The notes under the pieces: generated by a model
Database searches by the model: none
Told to the model about the DNA's origin: nothing
What the model saw: the letters and a program-made list of their open reading frames with translations, nothing else
Origin: Macrostomum lignano
Lineage: Eukaryota
Direction of reading: 5' to 3'
DNA: 64,000 bases
NCBI GenBank assembly: GCA_002269645.1
Contig: NIVC01002928.1
Coordinates: 1-64,000, forward strand
Shown: in pieces, positions 1 to 11,200 of the stretch
Layout: each line of letters starts with the position of its first letter
Numbering within the stretch: the first letter of the stretch is position 1
Translations under genes and position numbers: made by a program

Positions 1-264
1 CTGCCTACGCTGAAACGAAGGGCCTAGCTGCGTCCAGCCTAGTCTATGAGCCATAGACTATAAAGGATAAGCTAGGATTGGCTAGTCATATGGTCATGTC
101 ATATGGCTCAGAAGCTCAGAAGGTATAAAAATAAAAGAATACGACGCATAGACCAATCGATTCTCACATTGGATGGCTTTTTATCACTTTGCTTGTCCTT
201 TATTGTCTATGGCCCATAGACTAAGGCTGCACGCAGCCAGGCCCTTCGCAGTCAGCGTAGGCAG
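1..264. mobile_element. MITE-like element with about 57-bp terminal inverted repeats
   Basis: 1-57 is an imperfect reverse complement of 207-264 (CTGCCTACGCTGA...CCATAG / CTATGG...TCAGCGTAGGCAG); the left end may be cut by the window edge. Confidence 0.65.
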
Positions 265-763
265 GATTCTCACTTTGGATGGCTTTATTCTCAGTTAGGC
301 TGGCAAAAGCAATACTACTATACGATGATTCTAACTACCAGACCCAGTTCGTCTAGCTACATAAGTATAGAGTTAAAGACTGATCGGCTCACTTCTGAAG
401 TGTAAAGATATGTACAGATTTTTTGGCAGCAATTTCGTAAGCTGAAGCTGCGTAGTGGCTGAAAGTAAAGCAAACAAAGCTGAAAGCTATGTAGTTATTG
501 TTACTATGGTTTACCATACTAACAACGCTTCAGTCAAAGATTGATTGTTTAACGATGATTGAAAATATTCACTCGATAGTCTATGGTACAGTTGGAATCG
601 CTCCATAGCGCTTCCTATGGCAGTGTCGATGTCGTTGTCGATGTCTATGGCCAAAACCTGCGCAGTCTAGGACGTTTCTGATTCGCTGAGACATCGTTAA
701 ACAACGCTTCAGCGTTAAACAATGCTTCTAGTCGAGTATGCTAAACGATAGTGACAATAAGTC

Positions 764-861
764 TATACATACGGTACTATCGTTAAACAATAAGCAAAGA
801 TCACTCGTGGCTACGCCACTCGTGATTTTGCTTATTGTTTACCTCTAGTACCGTATGTATA
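764..861. repeat. About 98-bp foldback palindrome
   Basis: TATACATACGGTACTA / TAGTACCGTATGTATA (exact 16 bp) plus AAACAATAAGCAAA..CACTCGTGGC-TAC-GCCACTCGTGA..TTTGCTTATTGTTT. Confidence 0.75.
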
Positions 862-2127
862 ATCTCCCATTGTATCCTTTTGGCACTTTGTCTATGGCAC
901 TTTGAAAGAGCAGCAAAGATCATTAGTCAATCGTCTATGGTACAACTAGAGAGGATAGTAAAGACGACTAGCCAATCTGTCATGAATTAATCACTAGTGG
1001 ATTTTGAGCTTTCCATAGCTACTTCCATAATTCCATATTGCCAATAGAAAAATGAGCTGTATAACTTGCGACGAAAATATTCCTGGTGGAGAAATATTCG
1101 GACTCTCCACGGACGATTTATGGCTTTTGTCACCCGAGAGTCGATCAATCGCTTTGGTCTGGAGATTGACAATTTGGATGTGTGGTCCAGTACCAAAGTG
1201 CTGCCTGAGCTGCAACTAGCAAAGATCTGCAAACGCTGGACCGGATTGACAATGAATCTGTGCCGAAATCGACCGACACTCAACGAAAACTTCACGTGGC
1301 AAGGTTCCGCCAGTTCCTCAATGAGAAAGGGACTAAACGGGAGTTTTAGCGTGTACCGGATCGATTCCTGAACGGTTATCTGAGGCTTTTCTATTTTGAA
1401 AGCAGGATGGAGCACACTACGTGCTGACGTCTTTCATCTGTTATCGTGCGGCCATTCAACGGCACCTGGAATCCCCGTCCGTCAAACGCCAGGTGAACAT
1501 CACTACCGGAGAATTATTCAAGCGTTGCAACGGAATTATTGTCGAACTTATGGGTGACAGAGGAACAAAACTACTCATTCGTTGTTTTTGTTGTTATGCG
1601 CCGTTGTCATGTTTCGATTCTTTTCTATAGCCTAATGCATTCATTAATTTTCCGGCAGCAATTGAAATGTTTCCAAAAGGCTTAATTTACTGTCGAAAAC
1701 CATAGAAAATCAGCTAGCGCAACTGCTGCCAAACAACATGTGTAAATCGTTACTATGGCAGAGGCTATTAGTAAGATAGTCTTGAGACAGCTAGGTAAAT
1801 TTATATTAAAATATAGAGATTATTCTTCAATTCTAATTTGAAATTTTCCTTTAGACTGCAGCTTTAAGGATTTATACTAATAGAACAGTTAATTTCATAT
1901 TTTAACATCCTCCTTTTCTCTCCCATTTTCAAGCTAAAAGAAGAGCCTGCTTTTGTTAGTTTATTAAAATGAGTCTAAAGCCCCGTGTAAACAGCCAGGA
2001 AACCAAGTCTACATGTAGTCTAGGAAAAACCATAATCATATGAAACAAGCACTGGGAATTTTAAATGAGCTTACAGGATTTAAATGAGCTTACAGGATTT
2101 AAATGAGCCAACTCTTCAAGGCACAGA

Positions 2128-2250
2128 GTGTGCACATGCCTGACGATTAGAAAGTCAGATGGCCGCTGTACACCCCGTGTGAGCGGTGTATGAGTGCGTG
2201 TCTGTGTACCGCAGTATTGTTGCATTTGTGTGTGCTCAGGAGTCAGCGTA
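2128..2250 (+). repeat. Dispersed repeat shared with 58150-58260 (family B-related core)
   Basis: GTGCACATGCCTGA.GAT(T)TAGAAAGTCAG..GGCCGCTGTACACCC occurs at both loci. Confidence 0.65.
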
Positions 2251-2759
2251 ATGGGCAGAATTGCCTCAGCGATGGTTGCGGGACGATGTCGCCGGAAGCG
2301 TTGCGCCATGGGTACCTACCCACATGCCCTCCTGCAATTATTTTTACTTAGGCTTACAGGAAGTGCAAACTGGGAGAGCACTTCAAAACGACCTGCTCGA
2401 CTTACTTCGTTCTCTTTGACATGTACATGTAGTTTAACTGGAGCTGTAGTATGGAACACAGACAGTTGAAGCATCACGCTGCACTTTATTTTCTTAGAAA
2501 TAAGCCTGGGGCCGCTCAGGAACGTCATGTTTATTGTATCGCCAGTGCATTCAGTATGCTCACGAAAAAATCTGATTTTTGTCGGCTTAAACCAGTGAGC
2601 CGAAGTCAAGGCAGTTGGCATGAGAGGCGCAGGTTCGAGCCTGGCCCAATTCAAGCAAAGAAAATTTGACAGAGAGAGGTAGAGTTTGAGCGCGTCAATT
2701 CAACGAGCCAAGCCATGCATATCCGATTTTGCATTCGAGTCCTGAACAGATAGGTAGCG

Positions 2760-2918
2760 GAACACCGAGTTGCCCATCCAGTCGCCAAGCTTCCTGATCA
2801 TCGACAGTGGAACACCGAGCTGCCCATCCAGTCGCCAAGCTTCCTGATCATCGGCAGTGGAACACCGAGCTGCCCATCCAGTCGCCAAGCTTCATGATCA
2901 TAGGCAGCAGAACACCGA
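2760..2918. repeat. 50-bp tandem repeat, about 3 copies
   Basis: GAACACCGAG(T/C)TGCCCATCCAGTCGCCAAGCTTCCTGATCATCG(A/G)CAGTG. Confidence 0.9.
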
Positions 2919-3825
2919 ACTGTATGGCTACTTTAGCGCCGCCCCGCCGCAGCCAATGAACTCACATGGCGTCAAACCCGCCGATGTGCACAGCGAGCGA
3001 AGCCTACCGTCAAAACCGCAAGCCGTCAGAGGCATGTTTAAGCATTCATTTATATACTTATATAATATACGATATTTCGTATATTCCTGTTTTCTGACTA
3101 ATTCAAAATCTTCATTTAACTTCACTTTCTTTTATTGCTACTCTTCAGTAGTGCCGCAACGCTTCATTTGCTCAGGTAGGCTCTCTCGTATGGCTTTACT
3201 TCTTGCGTACTTAGTATAATTGCTCCTTGTTTGCACGAGCGAGTGAGGTTCATACTCTTTTCCAGATAGCAGTCGAAATTCATTAGAAGTAGCCTCGTAC
3301 ATCGACTCGATAAGATAAACGAGCGATTTTGAGGAAGAAAATTTAGGGATTACGGCAGTACCTGTAATACGTCGTACGGCAGGCTCTCCTAAAAATACAC
3401 AAGTGCCAGAGCCAATAGCCTCCGGTTCTAGAAGGTCTCCAGGCAAACTTATTAACCTCGGCCTCTCCGTTCGTCTGGATCGGGATCGTCTACGATTAAA
3501 TAGAAAATTTAGGGTAAGGGAAAACTATAATAAACATTTTAGGTAGCACAGGTTGCACTAATAGGAGTCGTGCCTCAATATATAATGCCAACTATGTTCG
3601 CAAGCTTGAAAATACACACGAAATATATATAAAACAATAATTAAGATTTACAAGTACTTATTTAGATAATAAGCTTGAAAATTTCATAGGATAAATTAAC
3701 TTGATCATTAAAACAAGGCTTATTGCTATAACGCGTCACATTGGTCGATTTCAACCAGACAAAAACTGGGAACAAATAAAAAGAAGTTTCTAGTTTTTAA
3801 TTTAGCTTTAAGTTTAGATGACACA

Positions 3826-4520
3826 AGTATCATTGTTTATCTATGGCCTGTGCATCAATATCATTGTTTATCTATGGCCTGTGCATCAATAAGTATCATT
3901 GTTTATCTATGGCCTGTGCATCAATATCATTGTTTATCTATGGCCTGTGCATCAATATCATTGTTTATCTATGGCCTGTGCATCAATAAGTATCATTGTT
4001 TATCTATGGCCTGTGCATCAATATCATTGTTTATCTATGGCCTGTGCATCAATATCATTGTTTTTCTATGGCCTGCGCATCAATAAGTATCATTGTTTAT
4101 CTATGGCCTGTGCATCAATATCATTGTTTATCTATGGCCTGTGCATCAATATCATTGTTTTTCTATGGCCTGCGCATCAATAAGTATCATTGTTTATCTA
4201 TGGCCTGTGCATCAATAAGTATCATTGTTTATCTATGGCCTGTGCATCAATATCATTGTTTATCTATGGCCTGTGCATCAATATCATTGTTTTTCTATGG
4301 CCTGCGCATTAATAAGTATCATTGTTTATCTATGGCCTGTGCATCAATAAGTATCATTGTTTATCTATGGCCTGTGCATCAACATTATTGTTTATCTATG
4401 GCCTGTACATATAATAGCATTGTTTATTTATGGGTAAACAATATATATATATATATTTATTGTATATATTGAATGTACATTAATATTATTGTTTATCTAT
4501 GGCCTGAGCATCAATATATG
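3826..4520. repeat. 31/35-bp minisatellite downstream of Dicer
   Basis: TATCATTGTTTATCTATGGCCTGTGCATCAA with an optional TAAG insertion. Confidence 0.95.
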
Positions 4521-4677
4521 TACAGAATATGGCCTTCACAATACCCAGCGCCTCAAAAGAAAGTCATTACAGTCATCTAATTTGGGACACCTATTATAGA
4601 CTTTCAACCTTGGAGATTCGTTGCTAATTTGGCAGAACAAAAGCAATGAAAGAAACTGAAAATACAGAAATACAGCC

Positions 4678-5238
4678 TTAAATCAAAACAGCTGGCTGCG
4701 TGGTACAACTAACGCCAACAACAACATCGGCAACATTATTGACAGCGGCAGTTTCAACCTCGACTTCGCCTTCGCCGTCGCCCTCGCTTTCGCTGACTGA
4801 CGGTGGCGATTTACGCTTGCTGCCGCCGACGACACCGCCGCCGGCGCTGCTGCACACGGCCGGATCCGTCAGGAATCGCCTGGCCAGAGCCACCCGGCAC
4901 AGCCGCTTGTTGCGCTCCGCCTCCTCGTAGACGAAGCCGCTGCCAACTCGCAAGCGCATCCGGGTGGCCGCCAGGGCGTCTGCGGCGGCAGCCACGTCGG
5001 GTGTCAACTGCGACTCTGTCGACGACGACATGGACTGCAGCATCTCGAACTTGACCGCCAGGCCCATGGAGGCGGCGGTCTCGTGCAGCTGGCGCACCGG
5101 GTTGCGGGGCGGCTCGGCCAGGAAGTCGCGCATCGGCTCCGACATGAGGCGGCGGATCAGCGACCAGGCGGCCGACAGCGACCAGCCGGAATCGGCGAAG
5201 ACGGCGCCAACCAGGGACTCGACTAGGTCGCCAAGAGC
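4678..5238 (-). CDS. dicer: Dicer exon 15 (RNase IIIb end, dsRBD, C-terminal tail)
   Basis: cccag|GCT CTT GGC GAC; (K)[18 protein letters not shown]; [11 protein letters not shown]; stop TAA at 4678. Confidence 0.93.
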   Translation of the reverse strand, partial: ALGDLVESLVGAVFADSGWSLSAAWSLIRRLMSEPMRDFLAEPPRNPVRQLHETAASMGLAVKFEMLQSMSSSTESQLTPDVAAAADALAATRMRLRVGSGFVYEEAERNKRLCRVALARRFLTDPAVCSSAGGGVVGGSKRKSPPSVSESEGDGEGEVEVETAAVNNVADVVVGVSCTTQPAVLI

Positions 5239-8200
5239 CTGGGTTGATTATGAGACGAGGAGGGCAGATGACACAAATAAAATTGGAAAGAAGTGACTCC
5301 AAACCACTCTTAAAACAACGAGATGTCACGATGCAAGTCATCAAAGAGTTGCTCAAGAGTCACGAGTCGTATCTGAGGCGTGCTTAGAGTCGCTATAGAG
5401 TCACTGGATTGTGTTTGAAGAAGCGCATTTGCGTCGCGCTTGTGACGCAACAGTTCGCCTCTCCGTCGCATTTGACGCGTTTTGAGTCGCTTAAAAAGTC
5501 GCAAGACTCGCCCCACAGTCGCTAGAGTCACCAGTGAGTTGTTTGCAACGACTTTTTAGTGATCATTGTCATGGTATCGTTTTTAACGGATACTCTACTC
5601 ATGCACACAATCACACAGGGTGTACAGCGACACCCTTCAACCGACTAAACTCATGACACAAACTCATATTCGTCCACAGTCTATTGGTCAAACTGTACAT
5701 ATCGGTAGTTACCGAACGTCCCTGGACTCACCTTGACGGCGGACAGACGGACAACCCGAGCTGCGTCGGCTCCAGCATCGGCCACGAACTGGTCGCTCAG
5801 CCTTCGGAACCGGTCCGGGCCATCGAACTGGGCGGCGCTTTCTCGATATTCCATAATGAGATCTTGCAGCGGCTCGTCCATCGAGAGCAGGTGCGACTCG
5901 AGGCCGTGTGACACGGCCACTGCGGCAAAGAGATTGTTGTTGGTCAGCGACATTCGGAGATCCGTGACGGCACCTGATTGAAGGAAATTTCAATAGCTAA
6001 TCAGAATACTCCAACTAAAATGGCAGCCAATCAGAATGATCTAACTGGAATGGCAGCCAATCAGAATGATATAACTGGAATGGCAGCCAATCAGAATGGT
6101 CCAACTGGAATGACAGCCAATCAGAATAGTCCAACTGGAATGACAGCCAATCAGAATAGTCCAACTGGAATGGCAGCCAATCAGAATGATATAACTGGAA
6201 TGGCAGCCAATCAGAATGGTCCAACTGGAATGACAGCCAATCAGAATAGTCCAACTGAAATGACAGCCAATCAGAATGGTCCAACTGGAATGACAGCCAA
6301 TCAGAATAGTCCAACTGGAATGACAGCCAATCAGAATAGTCCAACTGAAATGACAGCCAATCAGAATAGTCCAAATGGAATGACAGCCAATCAGAATGGT
6401 CCAACTGAAATGACAGCCAATCAGAATGGTCCAACTGAAATGACAGCCAATCAGAGTCACACGCGGGACTCACCCGGCGAGCCAGTGTCCATGCAGTCGC
6501 AGACAGCGTAATGCGTCACCAAATAATCAATAACGGCATCGCCAAGGAACTCCAATCGTTGGTAGCAGTCGGTCACGTGATTCCACGTGAATGTCGAGTG
6601 AGTCACAGCCGACAGGAGAAACTCTCGCCGACGAAACTTGTAGCCGAGCTTCACCTCCAGCTGGTCGAGATCCGCCATCCCCCAAAACTTAACAAAATCG
6701 GGTGATTCGACGCCGATTTCGCCCGGCAACAGAAGCGTCGTAGCGGCCGGTTCCGCCGGGGTCGGCAGCGAGGCCGATGGAACGCCGAGCCAGCGCAAGA
6801 AGGCGTCGGCGGCGTCGCCACCGCAGGCAGACAGGATGAGGCCAGTCAGAGCTTCGGCCACGTCAGCGACACTTTTGTCGGCCAAATTGCAGCACCAGCG
6901 TCGGTTGGCAGAGCTAGCGTCGGCGGTGGGGTCGGCGTCGGGTCGGGCGCACGGCGGCTGATAGTTCTCCGGCTTGTTGGCGTCCTGCATGCGTCGGAGC
7001 AGAAATTCTTCAGTGCCTCACCTTACCTAATTATTCCGTAGGTGACTTAAGTAGGTCCCCACCTGTCCATCACTAAGCCACACCTGTCCATCACTAAGCT
7101 ACATCTGTCCCTAACTAAGCCACACCTGTCCCTAACTAAGCTACATCTGTCCCTAATCAAGCCACACCTGTCCCTAATCAAGCCACACCTGTCCCTAATC
7201 AAGCCACACCTGTCCCTAATCAAGCCACACCTGTCCCTAATCAAGCCACACCTGTCCCTAATCAAGCCACACCTGTCCCTAATCAAGCCACACCTGTCCC
7301 TAACTAAGCCACACCTGTCCCTCACTAAGCCACACATGTCCCTAATCAAGCCACACCTGTCCCTAATCAAGCCACAGCTGTCCCTAACTAAGCCACATCT
7401 GTCCCTAATGAAGCCACACCTGTCCCTAATCAAGCCACACCTGTCCCTAATCAAGCCACACCTGTACCCAACCTACCTGAGCGAACACGAAGCGATGCAG
7501 ACGCTTCTCCTTGGCCGCACAGTGCAGGAAAGCATTGCGAATCTCACGCATTCGCAGCCGGGTGAGGCGGCCCTCCGACACGGTGTGGTCGCTATCATGG
7601 AACAGGCGGGTGCTGACGGTGAATTTCAGCCGAGCATCGCCCAGGGTCTCCAACAGCTCCATGCTGTGAAAGTCGTTGGCGTGGGTCAGCGTGACCGCTT
7701 GGAGGCAGCCGGTGAGGGTCAGACCTGACCCGCTGTCGGGGGAGCGGAAACTGGAGGGGGCAGGTGGGGGGGGGGGCGGAAGTGAAGTTGGCGCAACAAA
7801 AGATTTGGGAATGCGATTACATGCAATACTGTAGAGCAAGAGAAGTGAGGAGTCAGAGTGCGAAGTAAGGAATCAGAGTGCCAAGTAAGGCATCAGAGTG
7901 CCAAGTAAGGCATCAGAGTGCCAAGTAAGGCATCAGAGTGCCAAGTAAGGCATTTAGAGTGCCAAGTAAGGCATTAGAGTGCCAAGTAAGGCATTTAGAG
8001 TGCCAAGTGAGGTATCAGAGTGCCAAGTAAGGCATTTAGAGTGCCAAGTGGGGCATTTAGAGTGCCAAGTAAGGCATCAGAGTGCCAAGTAAGGTATTAG
8101 AGTGCCAAGTGAGGAGTCAGAGTGCCAAGTGATGAATCAGAGAGCCAAGTGAGGCATCAGAGTGCCAAGTGGGGCATCAGAGTGCCAAGTAGGGCATCAG

Positions 8201-11200
8201 AGTGCCAAGTAAGGCATCAGAGTGCCAAGTAAGGCATTTAGAGTGCCAAGTGAGGTATTAGAGTGACAAGTAAGGCATTTAGAGTGCCAAGTGAGGCATC
8301 AGAGTGCCAAGTGAGGCATCAGAGTGCCAAGTGAGGCATCAGAGTGCCAAGTGATCAGAGTGCCAAGTGAGGCATCAGAGTGCCAACTGAGGAGTCAGAG
8401 GGCCAAATGAGGCATTAGAGTGAATAGATAACCGTCAGCTAGTCTCACCCATTTGCAACAATCCATTCCATAACGTCAAACTTCATAAGAGCCCGCTGTT
8501 CCACAGACAGTTGCTGATCAGCCGCACGACTACAGCCAGAGTAGATAAGTCGCGGGTTCGAATCCACAGCGCAGCCAGTTGACAGCGGAGCCGATTGAAG
8601 CAGGGACATGAGCTCGCAGCCTAGCAGCAGCTGGTTAATCCGGTACACAATGGCTGGCATGGCTCTCAGCTGACACCAAAGTCGCACTTGAATGCCGGGC
8701 ATCGCCAAGAGGCGGCTAACCCGGTCAACGCTGGTCTTGTTCTGTCGAGATAGCAGGCGAGCCATGCGACCTTTGGCTGCATTGGGGTTGTACACCAGAG
8801 CGTCCAGATGGGGCGTGCGGCTGAACTCAACCAGGCCGTTGGGTCGGATAGAGGTCACATAGTGCCTGGGGTGGCCGGGTTGCCAGGATTTTAAAATTGC
8901 TATTCTTTATAAGTAACAGATTCTTAGGTAGTTTATAGGGTAGATTCTCTGTGGTAATTTATAGGGTAGATTCTGTGGTAGTTTATGGGGTAGATTCACT
9001 ATGGTAGTTTATGGGGTAGATTCTCTGTGGTAGCTTATGGGGTAGATTCTCTATGGTAGTTTATGGGGTAGATTCTCTGTGGTAGTTTATGGGGTAGATT
9101 CACTATGGTAGTTTATGGGGTAGATTCTCTGTGGTAGCTTATGGGGTAGATTCTCTATGGTAGTTTATGGGGTAGATTCTCTATGGTAGTTTATGGGGTA
9201 GATTCTCTATGGTAGTTTATGGGGTAGATTCTCTGTGGTAGCTTATGGGGTAGATTCTCTATGGTAGTTTATGGGGTAGATTCTCTATGGTAGTTTATGG
9301 GGTAGATTCTCTGTGGTAGTTTATGGGGTAGATTCTCTGTGGTAGTTTATGGGGTAGATTCTCTGTGGTAGTTTATGGGGTAGATTCTCTGTGGTAGTTT
9401 ATGGGGTAGATTCTCTATGGTAGTTTATGGGGTAGATTCTCTGTGGTAGTTTATGGGGCAGATTCTCTGTGGTAGTTTATGGGGCAGATTCTCTGTGGTA
9501 GTTTCTGGGGTAGATTCTCTGTGGTAGTTTATGGGGTAGATTCTCTATGGTAGTTTATGGGGTAGATTCTCTGTGGTAGCTTATGGGGTAGATTCTCTAT
9601 GGTAGTTTATGGGGTAGATTCTCTATGGTAGTTTATGGGGTAGATTCTCTGTGGTAGTTTATGGGGTAGATTCTCTGTGGTAGTTTATGGGGTAGATTCT
9701 CTGTGGTAGTTTATGGGGTAGATTCTCTGTGGTAGTTTATGGGGTAGATTCTCTGTGGTAGTTTATGGGGTAGATTCTCTGTGGTAGTTTATGGGGTAGA
9801 TTCTCTATGGTAGTTTATGGGGTAGATTCTCTGTGGTAGTTTATGGGGCAGATTCTCTGTGGTAGTTTATGGGGTAGATTCTCTGTGGTAGTTTATGGGG
9901 TAGATTCTCTGTGGTAGTTTATGGGGTAGATTCTCTATGGTAGTTTATGGGGCAGATTCTCTGTGGTAGTTTATGGGGCAGATTCTCTATGGTAGTTTAT
10001 GGGGCAGATTCTCTGTGGTAGTTTATGGGGTAGATTCTCTGTGGTAGTTTCTGGGGTAGATTCTCTGTGGTAGTTTATGGGACAGATTCTCTGTGGTAGT
10101 TTGTACTCACCAGGACTTTGTCCCCCTGTCCTGCAGCCGCTGTACCAGAACTCCAGGCTTCAGCACGTCGCGATTGGCAGCGACCTCCACAATGGCCGGT
10201 CCAATCAGTGGGTCCGGGCTGGTCAGGTGGCTGAGCAGGTCCCAGTCTATACTGCCATTGGGCTGGTTGTCTAAATCGCTCCGAACCACCGCAATCAGCT
10301 GACAGATGGGCTCCACAGCTCCGTCTGGGTGCTCTGATTCTGCCTCATTGGGGCTGTCATGGGGAAGGAAGTCAATTTAATTATTATTAAACCGATATGT
10401 TTCGTACAACACGTTTTTTAGGGAAACAAAAACTGTTTATACTAGGGAGGGTTGAAGCCTAGTGGTTAGAGCGTCGGACTCACGGCTGAAAGGTCGGGGG
10501 TTCGATTTCTTTCTGCCCGTCGAACTACTAAGGGAAGATTTTGAGAGAACTAAAGAGACTAGCTAAGGATGTCCGGCAGTTTAGGTTTGCCCCATTATTG
10601 AGAAGCTTGATAAAAAAATCTGACATAGTCGCAACAGGACGTTCATAGTCGTCTGGTGTCCTCTTTTGAAGGTTCAGAAGCACCGCCTGGGTAAAAAGCC
10701 AGTGACCAAGAAAGTCAGAGCTGATGCAAACTGTTTTACTGTTAATTTATGGAGGGCTGAAGCAACTATTAATTGAGATTCCTAAGAACATGTCTACCAT
10801 CATCCGCGTGCTGTTCAGAGTAATAATAATGATAATGATAATAATAATTGATTATTATCAGCTGTGACAGTAAATCTTCAGATCTGCCTTAGTGAGCAGA
10901 TGTGCAACCGACAGCTCAGCCGCAGCTATTGCGCGGTGCATCTGAAGGCTGCGTACGGCTGTTCAGTCCAAGGACTGGGGGGTCGCCACACACAGCCTCA
11001 ATTACCCCAGCTAATGCTGGCACCCATTTTACAGCTGGGAGAACTGAAGCAATGCAGAGTTGAGTTGTCTTGCTCAAGGATACAAATTGTTCCAGTAGGA
11101 TCGGGAATCGAACCCCCGACCTTCCAGTCGTGAGTCTGACGCTCCAACCACTAGGCTACAACCCCCCTTCCTCCTCCCTTCCTTCCGGACGCACCCGCCG

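Noticed and set aside
2585-2652. tRNA-like sequence with B box GGTTCGAGCC
   Set aside because: A cloverleaf cannot be folded convincingly; probably a decayed SINE head.
3138-3446. 102-aa minus-strand ORF downstream of Dicer
   Set aside because: No recognisable motif, non-ATG start in the track, and no splice linkage established.
5978-6511. [10 protein letters not shown] repeat protein (antifreeze or adhesin-like)
   Set aside because: 30-bp intronic minisatellite antisense to Dicer; no independent evidence of coding.
11095-11166. tRNA gene (CAC anticodon-like loop)
   Set aside because: No proper acceptor stem, and it continues into a SINE body found twice in the window. It is a SINE head.
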